A DNA stretch of 64,000 nt from a virus (lineage: Duplodnaviria > Heunggongvirae > Uroviricota > Caudoviricetes), in the IMG/VR virus record IMGVR_UViG_3300025316_000590, positions 128,134 through 192,133 of that record; one strand, 5' to 3'. This document shows, piece by piece, positions 9,089 through 18,584 of the stretch. The notes under the pieces were generated by a model. It worked only from the letters and a program-made list of their open reading frames with translations. It ran no database searches and was not told where the DNA came from. Position 1 is the first letter of the stretch. Every line of letters starts with the position of its first letter. A program made the position numbers and the translations under genes.

Positions 9089-9096
9089 GTGTCTAG
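9089..9096 (+). promoter_or_regulatory. GTGTCTAG motif instance
   Basis: about 22 nt before ATG 9118. Confidence 0.35.
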
Positions 9097-9117
9097 ATAG
9101 GCATGGGAGTAACAACC

Positions 9118-9819
9118 ATGAACTATCAGCGAACCCGCCCAATTCGGCCACCGAGGTACGATTCACGTGCGTGTAGCACGACCTACCGTCCCCGTTCCAT
9201 GAGGCGTGAGCTACGCAAGGGCAGCCTCGTGGACTTGCTCGACGCCGAACCGGCCCTGGTGGATTTGGCCGACGCCGACCTTATTCAGGCGTGGGAAGAC
9301 AACGACCAGCAACTGCGGCATAACGGCAACTGCGAAGATCACGACACGGTTCAGCAGCGACAGCGGGAAATCGAGGCCGAGTGGGAGAAGCGATACCCCG
9401 GTATCCCCATCAGCGATCCCGAGCCGCCCGCCCTGACGGCCAGCGATATCATGGCCGAGACCGGCATTAGCCGCAGTGCAGCGAACCACAGGCTACGCCT
9501 GGGCCTGCCCCGCGATCTTCTCCTGCACCCCGGTAAGTTGCCCCGCGGCGAATACAACCTGCCCGAATCTGAACGTGCCCGCAAGGGCAAGGTCATTCGT
9601 AAGTATCACCTGTACAAGATCGCCGAGGCTGCCACCGACCTGTTCTGTTCCAAGGATCCCACGGCGGATAAGCTGATACGACTGCGGGATGCCTTGGAGG
9701 CCAGCGGTGTCGACCTGATGGCCGAGGCCATCGGTGAGGTTGACGCCGAGGGTGAAGCATTCAACGCGTACTGGCACAGGCAGGCACTCAGCATGGGAAT
9801 GATTGACGAGGAGTTATGA
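9118..9819 (+). CDS. hypothetical protein
   Basis: ORF 9103..9819, likely start ATG 9118 after GTGTCTAG motif; no family recognised. Confidence 0.35.
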   Translation: MNYQRTRPIRPPRYDSRACSTTYRPRSMRRELRKGSLVDLLDAEPALVDLADADLIQAWEDNDQQLRHNGNCEDHDTVQQRQREIEAEWEKRYPGIPISDPEPPALTASDIMAETGISRSAANHRLRLGLPRDLLLHPGKLPRGEYNLPESERARKGKVIRKYHLYKIAEAATDLFCSKDPTADKLIRLRDALEASGVDLMAEAIGEVDAEGEAFNAYWHRQALSMGMIDEEL

Positions 9820-10151
9820 TGATTGACGCCACAAATAGATTCCGCGATTTGGTCGACTTCCTGTGCGAGGTTCCGATGACCGTGTCGCAGCGGTCGAAAG
9901 TATCGGAGATGCTGAACGAGCTAGGCCCGAACGATCCGCCGCCGTACTGGTCGGATCGTGTACGGTCTATCGAGCACACGTGCAAACAGGCACGCAGCGA
10001 TTACAACGCTGTGAAGGCCGAACGCGACCAGGCCCGCCGCCTTGCCAATCAGCTTGAGTTTATGCGTGCAGCCAGTCATGTGGAGGAGAGCCGCCGGAGA
10101 TCAACCGTAGTCCTGGCTGACTGGAAGATCATGGAGGCAAAGTTCAAATGA
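9816..10151 (+). CDS. hypothetical protein (coiled-coil)
   Basis: ATGA overlap; 111 aa. Confidence 0.35.
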   Translation: MMIDATNRFRDLVDFLCEVPMTVSQRSKVSEMLNELGPNDPPPYWSDRVRSIEHTCKQARSDYNAVKAERDQARRLANQLEFMRAASHVEESRRRSTVVLADWKIMEAKFK

Positions 10152-10346
10152 AAGTTATCTTAGGATATTCCGATGACCGTACCGACAGCGTGAATCAGGA
10201 CTCCCCGCCGCGGATCGGTGAAGGTGTCCAGATAGACGGTGATAAAAGAAACTACCTCGTGGCCGATGTCGTCCACGTATACAGCAGAGACCAATACGGG
10301 CAATTGCGGCATGTAACCGTTGTCGCTGAACTTAAGGAGATACCCA

Positions 10347-11369
10347 ATGGCGGAACGCCGCAAACTGACACGCAACACGCAGGAATCGTTGATACCGGCC
10401 AAGGCTGAGAAGCCTGCACCATCGCCCGAAGCGGACTTTTGTAACATCTACCGTCCCGGCACGTTCGATGATATCCTCGGCCACGAGTCTATCAGTACCA
10501 GCGTCAAGGCAGTTCTGGATTCACGAAGCAAACGATGCTTCGTGTTCACCGGGCCGAGCGGCCTGGGCAAGACCACGTTCTCCCGCGCTATCAGGAATTA
10601 TGTGTGCGGCGGCAACGACCTGCTCATGGACTACAAGGAGGTCGACGGCCCGGTCTACAGCAGTGCCGAGAAGGCCCGCGAACTGGTCGAGTGGATGCGG
10701 TACAAGCCCATGATCGCCGGCGGCAAGAAGCTGATCTGCGTGGACGAGGCACATGCTTTGTCGGGGCAGGCCTGGCAGTGCCTGCTGAAGTCAGCCGAGG
10801 AGCCGCCACCCTACGGGTACTGGATCTTCTGCACCACGGTCAGTGGCAAGGTGCCGGCCACCATCATGACCCGCGGAGCGAGCTACAATCTCGAACCGCT
10901 GGATGCCAAGACCCTGTTCGTCCTGCTGCAAATCGTGAACGAAGAGCAGAAGCTGAACCTCGACGACGATATCCTTGATCTTATTGCCCACGAGTCGGAC
11001 GGCAGTCCGCGTATGGCCTTAACGAATCTCGACAAGTGTCGAACTGCCGAGGATCGCCGCGAGGCAGCGGTGCTGTTGCAGGGTGCGTATGAGAACCCCG
11101 ACCTGCGAGAGCTATGCCTTGCCATGAGCAAGGGCGGAATCTCCTGGGAGAAGGCCATGAAGGTGCTAGGCGGCCTGAGCAACCTCGACCCCGAGGGCAT
11201 CCGCATCCAGATCGTGCAGTACTTCGCGTCCATCGTCCGCAACGCCAAGAACCCAGCCGCGGCTGGTGCGGCCATCGAGGTGATGGACTGCTTCCTGCCG
11301 GGGCCGCTTTACTCTGCCAACAAACATGCCGAACTGTACGTCATGCTGGCCCGCGTACTGCTGAAATGA
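10347..11369 (+). CDS. AAA+ clamp loader ATPase (DnaX gamma/tau / T4 gp44-like)
   Basis: Walker A FTGPSGLGKTT, Walker B/DEAH-like LICVDEAHAL, sensor region; RBS GGAGATACCCAATG; N-terminus MAERRKLTRNT carries the recurrent basic motif. Confidence 0.75.
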   Translation: MAERRKLTRNTQESLIPAKAEKPAPSPEADFCNIYRPGTFDDILGHESISTSVKAVLDSRSKRCFVFTGPSGLGKTTFSRAIRNYVCGGNDLLMDYKEVDGPVYSSAEKARELVEWMRYKPMIAGGKKLICVDEAHALSGQAWQCLLKSAEEPPPYGYWIFCTTVSGKVPATIMTRGASYNLEPLDAKTLFVLLQIVNEEQKLNLDDDILDLIAHESDGSPRMALTNLDKCRTAEDRREAAVLLQGAYENPDLRELCLAMSKGGISWEKAMKVLGGLSNLDPEGIRIQIVQYFASIVRNAKNPAAAGAAIEVMDCFLPGPLYSANKHAELYVMLARVLLK

Positions 11370-11809
11370 TCAACAGCCTTACTGCTATCGAATGGACTCG
11401 CGTGCGGGCGTTCTGCCGGGACAAACGCCCGGATGAGATTACACCAAACGCCTTGTACCGGGCGGCACGTGGTTTGAAGGCTGGTAGCCGGAACACGAAC
11501 ATGGTGACCGATAGCATCATGCTGGACGCTGTGCGTATGTGGTGCGTGAAGCCCGAACCTCCCAAGGAGAAACCTGTGCCGAAGCACTTATACATTACCG
11601 TGACTGGCCCCGCGATGTCGGGGAAGTCGACTGTCGTTGAGGTGATCGCTCAGGCTCTGGCTCGTGCTGGGTTGAAGTGCGATGTGAATTACGGGGATGA
11701 CGGTCAGCCAACATCACCGTTGTCCCGACGCATTGATGCCATGAAGATTGCCGCACCGAATATCACTATTAACCAACGGCAGACCCAGCGTGAGCCTTCC
11801 AAAGATTAA
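11366..11809 (+). CDS. small P-loop NTPase/kinase-like protein
   Basis: ATGA overlap with clamp loader; Walker A VTGPAMSGKST. Confidence 0.4.
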   Translation: MINSLTAIEWTRVRAFCRDKRPDEITPNALYRAARGLKAGSRNTNMVTDSIMLDAVRMWCVKPEPPKEKPVPKHLYITVTGPAMSGKSTVVEVIAQALARAGLKCDVNYGDDGQPTSPLSRRIDAMKIAAPNITINQRQTQREPSKD

Positions 11810-12647
11810 GACCGTCGTGCCTTGGTTCGGATCCGCGAGAACGGTTGCCGAACGCATCGGTGAGCATCTGACCGGCTTCAAGTGGGTGGGTATACCGTTC
11901 TGCGGCGGATTGTCGGAGGTGCTGTACATCCAGGCCCGATCCATCGTCTGCAATGATATGCACCGGCACATGATCAACCTCGCCCAGGTGCTGAAGGACG
12001 CGACGCTGGGACCGGCCATGATCGAAAGTCTGCGGGACGAACTGTTCCATCCGGAGACGCTGGCACACGCTCAGGCTACCTCGGCTGACACGGACAATGA
12101 TCAGTTGATTCCTATGGGTGCCCGCGCGCTGAACTACGAGGCTGCGAGGCAGTACTTCATCGCCTGTTGGATGGGCCGCAGTGGGAATGCTGGCGGCGAC
12201 AGGGAGTTCACGGGCAACCTGTCGGTGCGGTGGAACGCGAACGGTGGTGATTCTAATACGCGGTATCGCTCCGCCGTCGAGAGCCTGGCTGCGTGGCGGA
12301 AGGTCATCCAGCGATGTAACTTCACGTGTATGGACTGCTTCGAGTTTCTAGAGACCTGCGAGGATGATCCCGAGCACGCCATCTACTGCGACCCGCCGTG
12401 GCCCGAAGATGGTGATGTGTATAGGCACAAGTTCACGCGAGAACATCATACGCGGCTGGCCCAAATCCTGACGCGGTTCCAGAACGCACGCGTGGTGGTA
12501 CGAATCAACACGTGTTCATTAGTGGATGAGTTGTACCCTCGTGGGTTGTGGAATTGGAATCAGCAAACGAGTCGCACGCAGGGCAACAATGATAAGGTAG
12601 AGGTGATTTTGGTTTATCGACCCCGAAGAAAAATTCAACGTGTCTAG
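11748..12647 (+). CDS. DNA N6-adenine methyltransferase (Dam/D12-class-like; DPPW motif)
   Basis: VVPWFGSA (cf. PYFGGK) and catalytic IYCDPPW; true start may be GTG ~11814 to avoid 62-nt overlap. Confidence 0.6.
   Translation: MPHRISLLTNGRPSVSLPKIKTVVPWFGSARTVAERIGEHLTGFKWVGIPFCGGLSEVLYIQARSIVCNDMHRHMINLAQVLKDATLGPAMIESLRDELFHPETLAHAQATSADTDNDQLIPMGARALNYEAARQYFIACWMGRSGNAGGDREFTGNLSVRWNANGGDSNTRYRSAVESLAAWRKVIQRCNFTCMDCFEFLETCEDDPEHAIYCDPPWPEDGDVYRHKFTREHHTRLAQILTRFQNARVVVRINTCSLVDELYPRGLWNWNQQTSRTQGNNDKVEVILVYRPRRKIQRV
12640..12647 (+). promoter_or_regulatory. GTGTCTAG motif instance overlapping MTase stop
   Basis: 22 nt before ATG 12669. Confidence 0.35.
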
Positions 12648-12668
12648 TGTAGGCAGAGGAGAACGGTT

Positions 12669-13178
12669 ATGCCAACCAACGAACGAACGACAACGCGAAG
12701 CAACCTTCGCATCGACAAGCACGCCCTGGATCGCGAGGTCTGCGAGCAGCCGGAGAAATCACTGAATGCCGGCCAGGAAGCTGCGAGGCTCGCCTCGGTG
12801 CGTGATTTTGCGAAGGACAGAATGAAGGTGGTCGCAGCCGAACGTGCCCTTGCTATCCGCGAGGAACTGACCGCCGAGGGTGGACGTGTTACGGAGGCTC
12901 AGATCGATGCTCGTCTCACGACAGACTCCGAACGAATCGATGCACATCACGAGTATATTCGAGCTGAACGTGACGCCGCGATGGCTGAGGCCGAACGTGA
13001 TGCATGGAAAGAACGAGGCTACATGCTCAAGTCTCTCGGCGATCTGTACGCCGCAGGCTATTGGGCCAACGCAAGCCTCGCCGGTGACCGACGTGCCGCC
13101 GAAGAACGTGCAGGTGACGAGGCCCGCCAAGCCGTGGCGGACCAGCGACGTCGCATGAACAGCACCTCGCGAGAATGA
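12669..13178 (+). CDS. hypothetical coiled-coil protein
   Basis: RBS GAGGAGAACGGTTATG after GTGTCTAG motif; ER/DA-rich heptads. Confidence 0.4.
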   Translation: MPTNERTTTRSNLRIDKHALDREVCEQPEKSLNAGQEAARLASVRDFAKDRMKVVAAERALAIREELTAEGGRVTEAQIDARLTTDSERIDAHHEYIRAERDAAMAEAERDAWKERGYMLKSLGDLYAAGYWANASLAGDRRAAEERAGDEARQAVADQRRRMNSTSRE

Positions 13179-13283
13179 TCGCGGAAGCCAACGGCAGATG
13201 TGTTTAGTGTAGGAGTAGCAAGCGGGACGATAAGGCGACCCGTAACGCTGGAACCAAGAACCTGTAACCAATGAGGTGAACCC

Positions 13284-14606
13284 ATGCCTACAAGAGGCAA
13301 CGACCGAAATCGCGGCGGTTTTCAATACCGCGAACGCTCATCGGCCACCGTACAGCGGCGTGCCAACCAGAGCGGTGGTGCTTTCGACTCGCTGTTCCGC
13401 AGCGATGTTGACGTCGTCTCCATCAAGGAGGGCGACTGGCGGCTGCGTATCTGCCCGCCGTCGTGGAACGATCATCTGCTGGAAGAACTGGGGATCGTCC
13501 ATCCCACACGTTCCGACGACTGGGATCCGGAAGGTGCCGATGACTTTGGCCTGGAGGTCTATGTTCACTTCAGCGTGGGCGCGGACAATCAGAAGTACTT
13601 CTGCCTGAAGAAGATGAAGGGCGAAGCCTGCCCGGTGTGCGAAGAGCGTGAACGCGTCGCCGCACTGGGTGCTGCTGGGATGTCGATGGCGGATAAGGAC
13701 TTCGACGATTACATCCGCAACCTTCAGCCGACAAAGCGGGTGATCGCATACGTGATCGACCGCGACGAACGCAACAGTGGCCCGCAGCTTTGGAACATGG
13801 CGTGGTCGATGGACCGCGACTTGAACAAGCTGAGCATGGACAAGGAAACCCGCGAAGCCGTGTGCATCGATCATCCCGAGGAGGGATTCGACATCGAGTT
13901 TTCTGTGACCGGCACCGGCATCAAGACGAAGTACGGTGGCATCGCCATTGCTCGCCGCAGCACGCCGCTGAGCGACAACCCTGACCGTCAGGACGACTGG
14001 TTGCGTACCATCGCCGAGAATCCGATTCCCGAGCTTCTCACCTTCCACGACTATGAGCACATCAAGGCTGCTCTGGCCGGGCAACGCCGCAACCGCGACG
14101 AAGGTGGAGATGATCGCCGAGGCGGTGGAAATCGCGGTGACGACCGCAGGCACGCCCGCGACGACGACGATGGTGATCGCGGCAGCCGTAGCCGAGCACG
14201 CGATATCGCCGACGACGATGACGACAACCGAGCCCGCCGACCGGCGATCCGGGGACGCGACGCTGACGTTGATGATGATCCGCCGCCCGCACGTGGGCGA
14301 GGACGCGACCGCGACGACCACGACGATGACCCGCCACCGGCCCGTGCTGGCCGCAACGGGGGCCGCAGCCGAGAAGCCGACGCGGACGTCGATGACGACC
14401 GTGACCCGCCGCCAGCCCGCGACACGGGCCACGACGACGCCCCGCCAGCCCGCCGCCGCAGCAGCCGTGCTGCCGAGGAGGCTACTGACCCACCGGCCCG
14501 CGAGACCCGCAGCCGAAGCCGCGACGCCGATGCCGACGACGCCCCGCCCGCACGCACGAGCTTGCGGGATCGCGTGGCCGAGGGACGCCGCCGCAGCGAA
14601 AGCTGA
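13284..14606 (+). CDS. single-stranded DNA-binding protein (T4 gp32-like) with long repetitive Arg/Asp-rich C-terminal tail
   Basis: Zn-binding-like CLKKMKGEACPVCEE plus H upstream as in gp32 core; position between MTase and recombinase; tail with 5x DD(D)PPPAR repeats. Confidence 0.5.
   Translation: MPTRGNDRNRGGFQYRERSSATVQRRANQSGGAFDSLFRSDVDVVSIKEGDWRLRICPPSWNDHLLEELGIVHPTRSDDWDPEGADDFGLEVYVHFSVGADNQKYFCLKKMKGEACPVCEERERVAALGAAGMSMADKDFDDYIRNLQPTKRVIAYVIDRDERNSGPQLWNMAWSMDRDLNKLSMDKETREAVCIDHPEEGFDIEFSVTGTGIKTKYGGIAIARRSTPLSDNPDRQDDWLRTIAENPIPELLTFHDYEHIKAALAGQRRNRDEGGDDRRGGGNRGDDRRHARDDDDGDRGSRSRARDIADDDDDNRARRPAIRGRDADVDDDPPPARGRGRDRDDHDDDPPPARAGRNGGRSREADADVDDDRDPPPARDTGHDDAPPARRRSSRAAEEATDPPARETRSRSRDADADDAPPARTSLRDRVAEGRRRSES
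14090..14580 (+). repeat. imperfect tandem coding repeats (RD-rich, DDDPPPAR units) within SSB-like gene tail
   Basis: repeating gacgacga/ccgccNgcccgc units; protein-level repeats DDDPPPARGRGRDRDD etc. Confidence 0.6.
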
Positions 14607-15170
14607 ACCGAATGATTGCGACTACCTGCACTAGAAGGAAAACCCGGCGACGGGTAGACTGGTGGGTAGCCGCAAGGCTTCGCCTCTCAGTCCCAGTGGG
14701 GGAGAGGCGGGTGGTGAGGGCTGGCCGGAATCAGGACGGATTGGGATGGACGCGCTTGAGCACACCTGATGGGCGTTCCACTCGACCGCAGCATGGCCTG
14801 TCAACGCAAGGCGGCAGGGTTGCCTGCGAGACCAGCCTTCACCACCCGATTGCGAAGCGACGGGTTTGTTCTTGGATCAGACGACGATGTGCTCGTAGAC
14901 GCGCTGGGTTTGCACTCCTACCTAGCATACTACGGTGATAGCGGAGGTGGTTAGATACGAACGATGCAGTAGGTAGCTCGTAGCGACCGATGGTATCGAA
15001 AACGGTTAAGCCAGCAATGCGTCAACGACATGCAGGCGCGAACGATATGATCGTTCTACGGCAGAATGAACAAGTGCAGGCATGCAGATGACGACGGTCT
15101 CTGAGGGGCCTGCACGTGCCCCGCCCGGCGGCGATTCCGAAATAGCCGGGCTCGCTTTATATGGAGATCA
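14607..15170. other. about 560-bp region without convincing coding potential; hairpin-rich (e.g. CCTCTCagtcccagtgggGGAGAGG); candidate ncRNA or replication origin
   Basis: only short low-complexity ORFs; unusual for this otherwise tightly packed genome. Confidence 0.3.
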
Positions 15171-15450
15171 TGAGCTATGGTTCCAGCGAGTCCGGTCACC
15201 TCGCCTGTCGATAATGACGATGCCGAGATCGATCTACTTCTTCGACAGGCGAGTGCTGACCGGATGGATCCAGGCGAACGCCTCCGTGGCCTACCGCATC
15301 CGTGCTTCTTCATGCCGTACTGGTTCAAGTACGATTCCATCAGGCAACGCTGTCCTCGCTGTGGTATGTCAGGCGTCGAGATGCGGATGCGGTATCAGAC
15401 TACGGAAACGGGAAAGCAACCGTGATCGTGTCTAGTCAGCCGAGGTAACT

Positions 15451-15609
15451 ATGAACTGGTTTTTAGACGTATGCGACGAGGCGGAGAAAGTTCACAAGAT
15501 TTGGACTTTCCCGTTCATCATTTTGACCGCACCCGGAATGTTGTATGTCTTCTTCATAGGACTGTGCATACGGGGCATCAGGAAGGTTAGATCATGGCGA
15601 AGAAAATAG
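15451..15609 (+). CDS. small membrane protein (52 aa) overlapping recombinase start
   Basis: ATG 24 nt after GTGTCTAG motif; hydrophobic FPFIILTAPGMLYVFFIGLCI. Confidence 0.3.
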   Translation: MNWFLDVCDEAEKVHKIWTFPFIILTAPGMLYVFFIGLCIRGIRKVRSWRRK

Positions 15610-16787
15610 TTCGACGACGTCTCGTAACGGCAACGCCCCCACCTCCGCAGCGTGAGGAAGAGGACGAAGACGTCGAGTCAACCGAAGATGAAACACCGGC
15701 CCGCGGGTCACGTGCAGCCCCACGTCGCACGGCTAAGGCTACTCGCCGCAAGACCGCCCGCGATACCGATGACGAGCCGTTGGTACGCGACGGTGGGGCC
15801 TACGGGCTCACGGGCGACATGGAGGATATCCGTGTTAAACGATTCGGTTCGGGCTGTACCCTTCTGGACTGCGAGATTGGTGGTGGTGGTGGCGGAGCGT
15901 TCCCTGAAGGCCGCGTGGTGAACTTCGCTGGCTGGCAGTCAACGAACAAGACAGGCGTATGCATCGAGGCGTGTGCCAACTTTTCCATCGCCTATCCGAC
16001 CGGCATCACGCGATATAACGACGCCGAGGCCGCGTTCGATGTGAATTATGCCCGCCGCATGGGACTGCCGATGGACAGAATCAGCTTCGTCGAGGAGTGC
16101 CGTATCGTCGAGGTGTTCTTTCAGGACGTGAAGGACTTCATTGCCGAGTGTGAACGCCGTCGCGTGCCAGGCTTGTATATCATCGATAGCCTTGATGCCC
16201 TGAGCGATCAGGCCGAACTGGATGGCGGTATGGACAAGGCCAGTTACGGTATGGCGAAGGCCAAACGCATGTCACAGTTCTTCCGCACCCTGGCCGGCCC
16301 TTTGAACTCCGCCAAGGTGACCCTGATAGTCATCTCGCAGCTACGCGACAAGCTGAATGTATCGTTCGGCGAGAAGGCGACGCGTGCCGGCGGCAAAGCC
16401 CTGGACTTCTACGCTTCGTGGGTGGTGTGGCTGTCGCATATTGGCCAGATCAAACGCTCGGTCAACGGCATCGAACGCGTGGTCGGTGTTCGCATCAAGG
16501 CCAAGTGCAAGAAGAACAAGTGTGGCCCGCCGTTCCGCGAGTGCGAGTTCCCCGTGATCTTTGACTACGGCATCGATGACATCGAATCGATGGCAGACTG
16601 GTTAGTTGAGGTGAAGAAGTGGGAACTGTTCGATGAACGAAAACCTGGAACGTACCTGAAGTGGCTGGACAAACAGCCGCGTGAAATGTACATTAGCGAA
16701 TCCAAGCGTATGTCCGCAGTGGTGCGGGCCGAGTGGGACAAGATCGAGGAGTCATTCTCGCCGAACTTCTCGAAGTACGGTAGCTAA
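15594..16787 (+). CDS. RecA-family recombinase (T4 UvsX-like)
   Basis: Walker A-like GWQSTNKTG (cf. UvsX GPSKSFKS), Walker B LYIIDSLDAL, L2-like region; N-terminal basic extension MAKKIVRRRLVTATPPPP. Confidence 0.8.
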   Translation: MAKKIVRRRLVTATPPPPQREEEDEDVESTEDETPARGSRAAPRRTAKATRRKTARDTDDEPLVRDGGAYGLTGDMEDIRVKRFGSGCTLLDCEIGGGGGGAFPEGRVVNFAGWQSTNKTGVCIEACANFSIAYPTGITRYNDAEAAFDVNYARRMGLPMDRISFVEECRIVEVFFQDVKDFIAECERRRVPGLYIIDSLDALSDQAELDGGMDKASYGMAKAKRMSQFFRTLAGPLNSAKVTLIVISQLRDKLNVSFGEKATRAGGKALDFYASWVVWLSHIGQIKRSVNGIERVVGVRIKAKCKKNKCGPPFRECEFPVIFDYGIDDIESMADWLVEVKKWELFDERKPGTYLKWLDKQPREMYISESKRMSAVVRAEWDKIEESFSPNFSKYGS

Positions 16788-16815
16788 GGCGAATTTCACC
16801 ATTAGGAGGAAGAAG

Positions 16816-17388
16816 ATGATGAAGTCAGTTTTGTTCTTTGTGGTCGTATGCATTGCGGGCATTGCCAATGCCGCGACCGATGCTCTCGATGAAGTGAACG
16901 CAATTCGTGCCCAGCACGGTATGCCTGCATTCCAGCGGGACGCAGCGATGACGCAGGGTGCGATGGCCTGCGCCGACTATCGTGCCAGTTACGGCATGCA
17001 TCACCACACCGGGAACGACTTCGCGTTCCTGCCCAGGGGATCATGGGCCGACTTCGGCGGCTGCGACGGCGGAGCTATCAGCAGTGGCTGGCTGGCGTGC
17101 AATACAACCGGCAACTTTACCTACGCCGGGGCCGCAGCGTCATACAACAACGGGGTCAAGTTCTGCCAGTTATTCGTGGGCAATCGACCCAACGGCCCTG
17201 TGGCAAACGCTGTGCGGGCTATCACGCATCCCCTGCAAACAGCCGAGGCCCGACGCGAAGTCGGCCAGACGCCCCCAGCCGTCGCCCCTGAAACGACACC
17301 GCAGGGTGATCAGTACGGATCGTCACGGGGCGGGCGCGAACGCCAGGGCCTATTTGCTCGCTGGGCGGCACGACGCGGACGTCGCTAG
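16816..17388 (+). CDS. secreted CAP/SCP (PR-1-like) domain protein with signal peptide
   Basis: RBS AGGAGGAAGAAGATG; signal MMKSVLFFVVVCIAGIANA; CAP-like NAIRAQHGMPAF...HHTGNDF. Confidence 0.45.
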   Translation: MMKSVLFFVVVCIAGIANAATDALDEVNAIRAQHGMPAFQRDAAMTQGAMACADYRASYGMHHHTGNDFAFLPRGSWADFGGCDGGAISSGWLACNTTGNFTYAGAAASYNNGVKFCQLFVGNRPNGPVANAVRAITHPLQTAEARREVGQTPPAVAPETTPQGDQYGSSRGGRERQGLFARWAARRGRR

Positions 17389-17400
17389 GAGGTGACGGCC

Positions 17401-17646
17401 ATGTGGATCGTAACCGGAATTGCGGTGGCTGTAGGATACGTGGTGGGCTTCGTCGTCCGCGGCGTGCTGGAGTCATCACCGGAGATTTACGATAGCACGC
17501 GTCCCGATTCTCATATCGTGTTGGGCAAAACCACGGGCGAGGCGATGGAGCAGGCGAAGGCCATGTTTCCCTTCGCCCATTCTATTAGCATCACATCAGT
17601 TCAGGGCCGACCCGACCTGTGGTTAATAAAGCCGAGGTACGAATGA
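17401..17646 (+). CDS. small membrane-anchored protein
   Basis: AGGAGG 8 nt upstream; N-terminal TM helix WIVTGIAVAVGYVVGFVV. Confidence 0.35.
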   Translation: MWIVTGIAVAVGYVVGFVVRGVLESSPEIYDSTRPDSHIVLGKTTGEAMEQAKAMFPFAHSISITSVQGRPDLWLIKPRYE

Positions 17647-17647
17647 T

Positions 17648-17860
17648 ATGGACGACGACCCGTTGAACTGCCAGGCCGAGGACGACGAACGGCGTTACCA
17701 GAATGATCCGAAGATTCATGAGGCGGCGATGCACATGATTCAGCTTGTACAGCAAGGTATTCTGTCGCCCGAAGATCTGGACTGCGCATCGCGTGTGGCC
17801 CGACGTATCATCGACCGTCGCATGAGATTAAACCACAGAGGTGAACCGTGGACTCGCTGA
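17648..17860 (+). CDS. hypothetical protein
   Basis: 70 aa ORF, acidic. Confidence 0.3.
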   Translation: MDDDPLNCQAEDDERRYQNDPKIHEAAMHMIQLVQQGILSPEDLDCASRVARRIIDRRMRLNHRGEPWTR

Positions 17861-18019
17861 GAACCATGTGGGCATTTATCCGGGCCGTTAACGGCCTGAA
17901 GCTCAGCGAGCAACAATACGACAGGCTGTGGGGTCTCGTTCACCATATCCCAGGTCAGCCCGAACGCCGTCCCTGGTGGTTCCTACGCCCATTCATCAGG
18001 AATACCAAGGGATGAGACT

Positions 18020-18580
18020 ATGGCTCAAGGCTGCCGCTGTCTGCCGGGATGTAGAACCCGGAGTAACTACGTTTGCACGCGGCGGTTCGTGGCTACATCG
18101 ACGACCGGCGACGAGGTGGCCAGTAAGTATTCCGAGGTGAAGTGCCTTGCCTGCGGCGGCAAATGGCGAACCGACGCAGTCTACGTCGAGAAGCTGCGAA
18201 ACTACCGCGAGCGCAAATACCGCAGGATGACCGATGATCAAATACTACAACTGATCGAGGAAGGTCATCTCAAGGTCAATCCGATAACCGGCGTGGTTCG
18301 TAAGCACCGCAAGGTTTGTCACGAGTGGACGAAGCAGTGGGTCATCCTCAAGCAGGATTTAGACCGTAATGGTTACCCCAGCGTCCGCATCTACTGGAAC
18401 GGTCACCGCAAGGGTGCTATGGTTCACAGATTAGTTTACATGGCCGTTCGCCGAAAACTAATACCGGATGGTTACGATGTAGATCATCGAGATAAGAATA
18501 GGGCGAACTGTTCTTATAGGAATCTTAGGCTGCGAACCATAGCCGCGAACCGTGGTAGGGTGGACGATGTCCCATTTTGA
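18020..18580 (+). CDS. HNH homing endonuclease
   Basis: WNGHRKGAMVHRLVYMA...YDVDHRDKNRANCSYRNLRL..ANRG HNH motif; AT-richer than flanks. Confidence 0.7.
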   Translation: MAQGCRCLPGCRTRSNYVCTRRFVATSTTGDEVASKYSEVKCLACGGKWRTDAVYVEKLRNYRERKYRRMTDDQILQLIEEGHLKVNPITGVVRKHRKVCHEWTKQWVILKQDLDRNGYPSVRIYWNGHRKGAMVHRLVYMAVRRKLIPDGYDVDHRDKNRANCSYRNLRLRTIAANRGRVDDVPF

Positions 18581-18584
18581 ACGT

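Noticed and set aside
13338-14432. 364-aa minus-strand ORF and several repeat-derived ORFs (14051..14557, 14053..14634)
   Set aside because: They are antisense or alternative frames of the repetitive RD-rich SSB tail. Their low-complexity translations are typical of repeat artefacts.
14090-14580. Possible CRISPR array or VNTR, from the regular spacing of repeats
   Set aside because: The repeats are imperfect, in-frame and translate to DDDPPPAR units of a protein tail. There are no unique spacers and no cas genes.
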